Source: Heteronotia binoei
Taxonomy: Eukaryota
DNA: 64,000 nucleotides
Assembly (NCBI RefSeq): GCF_032191835.1
Contig: NC_083240.1
Span: forward strand, 18,290,001-18,354,000
Direction of reading: 5' to 3'
In this document: positions 23,890-32,700 of the stretch, piece by piece
Layout of the letters: the number at the start of each line of letters is the position of its first letter
Position numbering within the stretch: position 1 is the first letter of the stretch
Program-made: the position numbers and the translations under genes
Notes under the pieces: model-generated
What the model was told of the DNA's origin: nothing
The model's database searches: none
Seen by the model: the letters and a program-made list of their open reading frames with translations, nothing else

Positions 23890-26800
23890 GATAAGGTGGG
23901 TGTGGCCTAATATGTAAAGGAGCTCCCACTAGAATTCCACCCCTGGAGAAGAAATTTAAGCCTTTCCTTTGTGTTGCCTCTTCCCAACCTGAAACAGTGA
24001 CCCAAATAACTGCTATTTGCCCTACTGAGAAAATTTATGGATACTTCTCCATCTTGCATGACCGGACCTTGGGTTTGAAGAAGAGTTGGATTTATACCCC
24101 ATCCTTCACTCAGAGCCTCCGAATGTCTTATAATCTCCTTCCCTTCCCCTCCCCACACAGACACCCTGTGAGATAGGTGGGGCTGAGGGAACTCTGTGAG
24201 AACTGCTCTTGAGAGAACAGTTCAGAGAGAACTGTGACTGACCCAAGGCCATCCAGATGGCTGCATGTGGAAGTGTGAGGAATCAAACCCAGTCCTCTTA
24301 GATTAGAGTCCCCCTCTCTTAACCGCTACACTGCTTGGACTCTTCACAGCAAATGGTGCATCCCCCAAAATACTCCAGCAAGGCCGTCTGCTTGTGGTGA
24401 ATCATGCGACCTGCTCCCAATCCAGCTGGTGGGGCAACACAGTAAAAACCAGTATGGTCTGCGCAGGCGGCGATGGCATCATATCTAGCTGCAATGTGAG
24501 TATCATCTGGTTTGGGAAGAAAGCCCAAATCTGCAACTATGAAGCCCATGTTTATCAACAGGGCTCAGGGATGCCAAAAAACCCAATTTGCGTTGGATGG
24601 TTCTTAAGCCACTATATTTCCCCCTGATTTTGAGAAATATCCAAGCATCCTCCTACGATGGAAGATTCTGAATGGGAACTCCCTGCAGACACAAAAGGCA
24701 GTGCCTCCTGAGGGAATCTGAAGCACCTCTTGCTCCAAAGAGGTGGAGGGAAAAGTCAGGATTTAGTGCTTAGAACTGAAGGGGATTCTTCAAGTTTAGA
24801 CCAGCGCCAGAATGCAATGCTGAAACTTGGGAGAATATGGTTGAGTCGGAATTCCCCTTTTCCCAAATGCCAAATCTTTCCTGCATGTTGAAAAGAGTTC
24901 TGTTTGGATTTTTTAGAGCATTTGCAAATTGGTCATTTTCCAAGTAAGGTTTTTATTCATAAATTTATGTCCATCGTGTAGGTTTGGATGCCTCCACTTC
25001 CCCATTTAGCTATAGTGCAAAACTAAGCATGTCTACTTGGAAGTAAATTCTACCAATTTCAGTAGGACTTACGGTAGTTGCTGGCACATGTGCAAAGGAT
25101 TGCCGCCTGAGTGCCCATCTAGAGTAGGGGTCCCCAGCATGCTGCTTGTGGGCATCATGTTGCCTGCCACCACCTTTCCTGGTGTTCACCAAGTGTTTTC
25201 GGAAAGTGGGCAGGTCTGGTTGGAGTTTGTATCCAGGAGGGCTCCTAATCAACTGTACAGATTGAAAGGCATCCTGTTGAACAGAGTTTCTGCCTTAAAT
25301 CTTGGATAATTGCTATGAATGTCAAGCATAACCTTGCTGCCATTTTGTGGCTGGCTCCACCTCCTGCAGCAGCCATTTTGTTGTTGCATCCACTACTCTG
25401 TTCTGGAATTCCAGAGGTGCCCACGGGCTCAGAAAGGCCAGGGATCCCTGATCTAGAACACCAGTTCGCAGGGGTTGCCACAGCGAGATGGGATGCGGGC
25501 TTTTCTGCCTTGTTGCAAGCCGTTTCACTGCTCAAACATGACTTGTGCCAAAAGGGATTGTCTTTCAGAAGCTACATGCAATTTTGGTTTTTTTGCAGGG
25601 GGACTCCGGCGGTCCACTCAACTGCAAAAATGGTAGCAAATGGGAGGTGCACGGAGTGGTCAGTTTCGGCTCTTCTCTGGGATGCAACTACTACCGCAAG
25701 CCTTCCGTTTTCACTCGAGTCTCCGCTTTCGATGACTGGATCGCTCAGGTAAGGTCTTGCAGCGTGTCACTCAAGGCTGGGGATGATTGCTTCGAGTTCA
25801 CATAGATGCAATGTCAAGAGTGGGCTGGGCTGCAAAAATCCTCAAGAGTTGGGGAGAATCCCCTTCCTAGCAGGGCTCAGCTACAGCCCCTAGGGCTGAG
25901 GGCAATGCGGACTTCTGTGTCAAATATATTGATTAAGTCTGAAGCAGTTTTATGTTTTAAAAGCATGTAAATATATTTTTAAAAGTATTAAAAAGTTTGG
26001 TAGCCTATTCATATCACAGACATGTTGTGTGTGTTTTTTGTATATATCCCGCCTGGGGATTGGCCACCCTACCACCAAGTGTTTTTAGAAAGTAGGCCTT
26101 CTTATGAGTAAAAATGATGGAGGAGAGGTTGCTAGCTCTGAGTCCAGAAATACCTGGAGATGTGTGGGTGAAGCCTGAGAAGACAGGGTTTAGGAAGAGG
26201 AAGGACCTCAGTAGGATATAATGCCATACAGTCCACCTTCCAAAGCAGCCGTTTTCTCCAGGAGAAGTGGGATTGCTGTTTGAAATAAACCAAAAATAAA
26301 TAAAGCAAAGTTTGAATCCAGGGCAATGCTTCCTCTAAGCTCTGGAGTCTTGTGAGCAAAAATTCTACTGTGTGAGCTACTGGCATTAAAGTTGTGAGTG
26401 AGTGATTTGGCCACATCAGTTTGCTCTGGGGTCATCTTTCCTGAGCTGAGACAAAAAAAAATGCATGAGCTGGAGGCTTAAAACACTGTGAGCTAGCTCA
26501 CACTAACTCAGCTTAGAGGGAACACTGGTCCAGGGGCACCTTTAAGATCAACAAAGTTTAATTCTGCCCTGGGTATAAGCTTTCATGTGCACGCATAGTT
26601 CTTCAGATATCTGAAGAAATGTCCATGCACATGAAAGCTTATACCCAGAATCAGGGGTGGAATTCTAGCAGGAGCTCATTTGCATAGGCCACACACCCTT
26701 GATGTAGCCAATCCTTCAAGAGCTTACAAAAAAGAGCCTTGTAAGCTCTTAGAGGATTGGCTACATCAGGGGTGTGTGGCCTAGTATGCAAAAGAGCGCC

Positions 26801-27095
26801 TGCTAGAATTCCACCTCTGCCCAGAATTAAACCTTGTTGGTCTTAAAGGTGCCACTGGACCCAAACTTTGTTCTACTGACCTGAAAAAATAAATAAGAAA
26901 TCTATGCAGTTGGGACATCAGCTGTAATTTCAAGACATCTCCAGCCCCCACTGGAAGATGGCAACCCTAAGAGGAGAATGATGTAAGCCACTTGAGGTCT
27001 GTACTGAGAGAAAAGTAGGGTATAAATGAAACACATAAATATCACTTTATCCTTTCTCTCTTTTAAATGCTCTATAGGTGATGCAAAGCTATTAA
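17679..27095 (+). CDS. CELA2A: Chymotrypsin-like elastase family member 2 (pancreatic elastase-2), tandem copy 2; 269 aa, canonical S1 pocket
   Basis: Exons 17679-17721, 18698-18786, 19737-19834, 21080-21208, 22765-22901, 24350-24495, 25599-25748, 27078-27095; exon lengths identical to copy 1. Motifs SR|[37 protein letters not shown], end VMQSY*. Confidence 0.95.
19129..19638 (+). mobile_element. SINE of the same family with a nested hAT MITE
   Basis: SINE sequence is interrupted at 19307-19522 and resumes after a perfect 8-bp TSD CTCACAGG. Confidence 0.8.
21424..22017. mobile_element. hAT-type MITE (TIR CAGGGGTGTCAAAC / GAGTTCAACACCCCTG), copy-2 specific
   Basis: TIRs plus degenerate 8-bp TSD (TGCTAGGG/TTCTAGGT); empty site in copy 1 near 7270. 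Confidence 0.75.
22578..22690 (-). mobile_element. Sauria SINE / Bov-B 3' tail fragment
   Basis: Reverse complement of the tail at 50880-50970; absent in copy 1. Confidence 0.65.
23420..23887 (+). mobile_element. Rex1/Babar-type LINE 3' end with (CTAT)n tail, nested in a MITE
   Basis: Translates DLPSLVDLY...[23 protein letters not shown], the DxSHPxHxLFxxLPSGRR motif I recall from Rex1/Babar ORFs; TAGATAA repeated at 23413-23419 and 23888-23894. Confidence 0.7.
23806..23889 (+). repeat. (TCTA)n microsatellite, about 21 units
   Basis: Perfect tetranucleotide run forming the tail of the Rex1/Babar fragment. Confidence 0.95.
24078..24334 (-). mobile_element. SINE inserted 15 nt upstream of the copy-2 exon 6 acceptor
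   Basis: Same family; absent from the paralogous intron of copy 1 (9050-9083). Confidence 0.8.
26569..26648. mobile_element. Penelope-like element pseudo-LTR palindrome carrying hammerhead ribozyme cores
   Basis: 80-bp palindrome (36/40 matches); each strand reads ATAT-CTGAAGA-A-stem-GAAA-GCTT-ATAC. Flanked by GCACCTTTAAGATCAAC / GTTGGTCTTAAAGGTGC typical of these remnants. Relatives at ~3560-3670, 11350-11490, 18960-19080, 43360-43440, 43610-43700, 44060-44135, 60405-60770. Confidence 0.6.
26652..26819. mobile_element. Palindromic hAT-type MITE, family C (CAGGGGTGGAATTCTAGC / CAGGGCTTTTTTGTAGC ends)
   Basis: Perfect TSD CCCAGAAT. Relatives at 14393-14582, 20192-20477, 23299-23945, 27576-27746, 32386-32567, ~40820-40967, 49964-50145, ~53655-53843, 62713-62872, most with 7/8 TSD matches. 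Confidence 0.85.
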
Positions 27096-27144
27096 CCCAC
27101 AGAGCGCTGTGCAACAGTGAAATCCGGTTGGTGACATCGTCAAC

Positions 27145-27150
27145 AATAAA
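27145..27150 (+). terminator. Polyadenylation signal of elastase copy 2
   Basis: AATAAA 50 nt after the stop codon. Confidence 0.75.
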
Positions 27151-28629
27151 ACCAGCTGTGGAACAAACAAAACAGAAAAACATAAATAAAGTAACCAACC
27201 CTGTGCAGTCTACAGGCTTCTATCTGTAACTCCTTGGTTTTACTCTCAGGAAGTTTTTAGGCAGAGAAGGTTAAGAACACGCTAGTTGTCTCTGACTTTT
27301 TTTTTTGCTACTTTTTAAAAAGAGGTTGAGCAGAATGCAACATGAGAAATGGTCAGCCACAATTCAGACAAAGAGTTTTGAAATTCCAAGAAGGCACTGT
27401 ATTAAGTTCCTCCCAAAGTTGCAGGTTTGATTATTGGTTTGTAGCGCTTTGGTGGCAGGAAATCTGTTTGCTTGTTTGTTTGAGTCAGCTTATCTCATGT
27501 GGACTCCACTGAGTGAGTCAATACAATTGATGGGATGGGACATTCAATCAACAGTGCAATAGGATTAGGGTTGTACAGGGCTGGAATTCTAGCAGGAGCT
27601 CCTTTGCATATTAGGCCACACACCCCTGATGTAGCCAATCCTCCAAGAGTTTACAAGGCTCTTTTTTGTAAGATTTTGGAGGATTGGCTACATTAGGGGT
27701 GTGTGGCCTAATATGCAAAGGAGTTCCTGCTAGAATTCCACCCCTGGGGCTGTAGAACCAAACAGAAGTCTAAAAGTAGAACTGAAGCTGGTGGACCTCC
27801 AGATGGCACCTGGGTTGTGGCCATTGTGTGACATAAAGCATTGAACTGGATGGGCCATTGGCCTGATCCAACATGGCTTCTCTTACGTTCTTATGATCAT
27901 ATAAATATTAACACGACACATTAAATGATGTAAAATTCCATAGGAGGATCCTAGTTTTAGCAAGCTGTATACAGCTGTACAGAGTACAGTCCCTAATAAT
28001 TTTTCTAAGTAACTTTGTGAACCATTTAGAACAGTGCAAGTCAATTGCCTGCATAGAAAAGCTCTCTTGAATAATTCAGTTTTGCAGTTTGCAGAAAGCC
28101 AGAAGACTCCTTTCCCCCAGGCTGGTCTTTCTGCTGTAAGGAAGTCTCTTATTCCCATCACTTACAGGGTAATCCTAATTAAAGTAACACCACTGACTTC
28201 AAAGGAGCTAGAAAGATGTACCTCTGTTTAGGATTGCACTCTTAAACCACAGCATTCTGTCACCTGGAAAATGCAATTTTCCCTTCTAACAAGTACGTTG
28301 GTTGCATTCACAAGCCATGTACATGCATGAACAGGACAGCCAATTTTATTTTTTGTAACTTCTTTAGAACTGTTGCACTTCCTTATTGTACTGCTTAAGC
28401 ACAGGAGACTTTTGAAAGGAGGGGGAAAGTGGAGGTGCTTTTTCCTCTCCACAAACACAGTTCTTAATCTTGAAGGTCCCTTGCAGACTCAGGCGTTTCT
28501 TTCCCCGACATACATTTTTGGGACTAGAGGCCAGTTTATGTTGGAAAGCATTTTTTTTTTGTTAATCTTGAAGCCGCTTTTTAATTTTTGCTGTGTCCAT
28601 AGCTATACCTTGAAACTCCCATCCAAATA

Positions 28630-28700
28630 CTAGTCAGGACTGACCCTGCTTAGTTCCTGAGATCTAAAAAGATTAGGCTAGCCTGGGATATCCTGGTCAG
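28630..28700 (-). mobile_element. 5S-derived SINE head fragment
   Basis: Reverse complement reads CCAGGCTAGCCTAATC...GATCTCAGGAACTAAGCAGGGTCAGTCCTGACTAG. Confidence 0.55.
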
Positions 28701-28803
28701 GACATATGGGAACTAGGGGGCTCAATATTAAATTTTATACTCTCCCTACACCACACCCCCTCCAAGAAGAGTCCCAAAACACATATGGTCCCTGGGTACA
28801 ATG

Positions 28804-29090
28804 CAGGAGTGGCCAAACTGTGGCTCTCAAAGCCCCCACTGCCTTGTCAGCCAGCTTGGAGAAGGCATTTCTCTCTTGAAATCACTTCGCCAAGCCAACC
28901 AGCAGCTTGAAGAATACATTTAAAGTTGAAGTTGCTTTCTTTCCACCTCTCTCTCCCCCATCTTCCTTCCTTCCTTCCTTCCTTTCCTGTCTTACGGCAA
29001 TAAAACATCTGATGTTTGTGTCTTGTGGCTCTCAAACGTCTGATGTTTATTCTGTGTGGCTCTTCTGTTAAGCAAGTTTGGTCACCGCTG
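28804..29090. mobile_element. hAT-type MITE, family B (TIR CAGGGGTGGCCAAAC)
   Basis: Perfect 8-bp TSD GTACAATG. Other copies at 31482-31824, 37129-37431 (CTTGAGGC/CTTTAGGC), 40084-40378 (TTTGAGAT/CTTGAGAT), 42976-43215 (truncated). Confidence 0.85.
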
Positions 29091-29776
29091 GTACAATGTA
29101 TAAGTTTTTTTTTTAAAGTTGGATTGCATATAAATACAGAATATTTAATATAACAAGAGGTGGTATGTAGAGTGCATCCCCCCAGCAAGATGCCTGCTTT
29201 TTAAATATCAGAAGTCTGTCTACACAGCAATGTTACACTGGGTCAAGTGAGATGGTTTTCCTGCAGCAGATGTGGGAATTGTAGTCTCAGGAGAGGGGAA
29301 GGAAGGTCACCTTTGAGAAACCAGATGCAGCGGCCTCACACACCTGTAAGGTGAGGTTCAAGAGGGTGGAAAAGGGAGCCATGACAATTAATATGAGTTA
29401 AAGCTGGTTGTGGAGTTGAGGCCCAAAAGCCCAGCACTCACAATGGCAGTAAGAAAGTTGAGGCTGAAACAACAAAGTGTGAGCAGAAGACTCCCTCAAG
29501 GAGAAATCAAGGACAAAAAGGGGATGCCCACCCCAAACAATATTCCAGGCACTTCTTTTGGGATCCATGTACAGCTTCTCCCTTTATACAAAACTAGTCT
29601 CATTGAACAAACCCATCTTTCAAGGGAGTCTTTTCACAGTAATGAGTCTCTTCTCAGAAGGTAAGATGAGAAGATAAATCCATCCATTCTTCATGAGGCA
29701 CATCGCAGCACACCTTTTCCAAAGGTCTCTTTTGGAACAACTGCTTCATCCAGGCCAACCCTGTCAGACTGGGATA

Positions 29777-32700
29777 TCATGTAGCCATGAAGAAGAACTT
29801 TTTGCGCAGAAAGTTGAAACTGCCAGGCATTTGCTTGTACTTTCCTTTTGCAGAAACGGTGTTCCCCACCTGAGAGAAGAGAAAAAAGACCTTGCCGTGC
29901 ATACCTGCTGTTGTTTTGTAGACAAAAAGAGTGTCATCTCTTGGACCAGACAAACCATTAATTCCGTTACTGCATGAGTTACTGCTCTGGCTTCCTTTCA
30001 ATCCAGAGGCAGGCTGAGAACAGGGACTCATGCAGAGACACAGCACATGAGTTCCCTTAAAAATGGATGATTCTTACCCACCTGTAGTCTCAACAGATAC
30101 TTCTTTGGGGGCAAGAACAAAGTGTGCGGCCACTTTTATTCAGACAAAAATATATACTTTAGAAAACAGGCAGATACTGTGTTAAGGAGAGACTTCCTGT
30201 CCCCAACTATCCCCGGGCAAAACCTCAAGCTCTTGGATGAAGTGACAAGAGCCAGGGCCTCTTAGCCACAAATACCTCTGATGGCTTTTGCCTTTGCAGT
30301 AGGGATTATTAAAACTAGTGAGAATGGGCTGTTTTGTTCTTGAATTAAGAAGGCTCAATTATGTCTGGGTTTGAGAGCCTTTCACAACCGAGTAATCTAC
30401 AAAAGCAGCCCTTCAAGAGAAGTTGTAAATCCAGTATGGCAAAGAATACTTTCAAGGGCTCTTTCTTTACTTTTCAGGAGCCCAGCTAGAAAAACACCAT
30501 TCCAGCATGGATTGATGGTGCCACTAGCATCAGCATAGTGAAAGAGAATATGTATGTTCCTGTGTTTGTGCACGGGTATAAGAACATAAGAGAAGCCATG
30601 TTGGATCAGGCCAGTGGCCCATCTAGTCCAACACTCTGTGTCACACAGTGGCCAAAAAACCCAGGTGCCATCAGTGATGCTGCGACACTCGAAGCCCTCC
30701 CACTGTTGTCCCCTCCAAACACCTATTAAAAGGTAAAGGTAATGCTGGATTTACCCTCAGTAGCATGGTGAGGAGATCTTCAGAATGAGCATACTGATCA
30801 AGGATCTGGTCCAGGGTTTCCACATACCAGGATCCGCTACGTTTATCCCTCCAGGACACGAAACCTATGGGAAGGAAGCAACAAAAGCCACTTAAGAAAT
30901 CAGCCTTCTCACTCTGTTGGCCTATAATCCCACATGAAAGCCGAACACAAAATGGGGTGCAGATTTCAGCTTCCTTCTGATTTTTAACAAGCAAGTTCCT
31001 AGTCCTTAACATATGCTTGGAAGAACTGGAGAAAGCTCATTCCCAACACTTCCTGCCAGAGATCCTTTAGCTGGAGAGGGTGGGGATTGTTTCTGGGGTG
31101 TGGCCAAGCCATATCTTACACTGCTGGCACTCACCTGGAAAAGTTGAATAAGATACTAAGATGTCACTAGAGGTGGGCAAACTGGCTACAGCATCCGGCT
31201 GATCAGCATCTCCCGCAGGTATCTGGAAGGGGTTCGCATCAGAATCAAGAGTGCTTCCATGTCGTTGATCCACAGAAGGCTCGGAATCCACCTCGAACCC
31301 TCGGTCCTTTTGCTCTAGAAAGGCAAGCGCAAGCACCACAAAAACGAATAGATGAACCACAAAGAGCATTATGCCACCGGTTGAACTGGAAAAGTACAGA
31401 TCTTCCAGGCGAATGTTGCCTTCAAGAGACCTCCAAACTGTATACCACATTGTAACCTTTGGAGATGTTCACCAGCTAGCCCAGGGGTGGCCAAATTTGC
31501 TTATCGTAAGAGCCACAGAATAAACATCAGATGACTGAAAGCTGCAAGACATCAATGTTAGATGTTTTGAGAGCTGCAAGTCAGGAAGGAAGGCAAATAG
31601 ATGGGGGGGGGGGGGAGGGAAGAGGGAGGGAGTGGTAAGCAAGCAACTTTAACGTTAAATGCATCCTCCAAGCTGCCAACTGGCCTGGCTTGGAGAAGTG
31701 ATTTAAAGAGACTTTAAATGCCTTCTCCAAATCGGCCGATAGGGTGGGGTGGGGGCTTTGAGAGCCACACAATACGTGTAAAAGAGAAACATTTGGCTCC
31801 CAAGCCGCAGTTTGTCCACCCCTGCGCTAGCGCAATCTGAAACACTTATGCATGCTTAATTCTTATAAACCCTGATTGTAATCTAATGGCCTTCCAAGGA
31901 AATCTATTTTGAACTGCAGGCTTGGCAGCATTGAAGAAAACATGTTTCCTTCAGCATACATACTGCTTTATATATTTACTTTATTTATATTCCACCATTC
32001 TCCTCAGTGAGGACCCAAAGCGGCTTACATCATTCTCCTCGCCTCAGTTTCATCCTCACAACAACCCTGTGAGGTAGGTTAGGCTGAGAGTGCGTGACTG
32101 GCCTAAAGCTTCCGTGGCAGAGGGGGGATTCTAACCTCGGTTTTTGAGCTCCTCATTCCAACATTTTAACCACTGCCCCAAGTTGGGTCTCCAGAGTGAT
32201 AAACAGATTGGAAGGAAAACATGCAGCCCCCTGTCCTATAGCCCCAGAGAAGCCGTTAAGGCAGCCCATGGGACAGCTACAAGTGATTCAAGCCAACCCA
32301 TTAAGTGAACAGGAAGGGACACATGTATTTGATGGGGAAGCCTATAAAAGGAGGCACCAGAAAGCCAAGAGATAGTCAGGTCCCGCAGGGCTTTTTTTGT
32401 AGCAGGAACTCCTTTGCAAATTAGGCTGCACCCCCCTGATGTAGCCAATCCTCCTGGAGCTTACAGTAGGCCCTGTACTAAGAGCCCTATAAGCTCCAGG
32501 AGGACTGGCTACATCAGGGGTGTGTGGCCTAATATGCAAAGGAGTTCCTGCTAACAAAAAAGCCCTAAATGATGACATGACGGGCTATCGAGACCACAGA
32601 GGAACTATTACAAGCACAACAGAAAACCTCTCTCAGTGCAAAAAATCAAAGGCAACACTCTATATTCAGTATTAATTCAAAATTCAGTAGAATTATAGAA

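Larger units (their letters stand above)
15690..28260 (+). repeat. Tandem segmental duplication unit 2 (elastase locus)
   Basis: Collinear with unit 1 apart from copy-specific transposon insertions. Confidence 0.85.

Noticed and set aside
28345-28350. Candidate CASP9 poly(A) signal (TTTATT on the plus strand)
   Set aside because: Several equivalent hexamers lie between 28300 and 29100, one inside a MITE; none can be chosen without 3'-end data.
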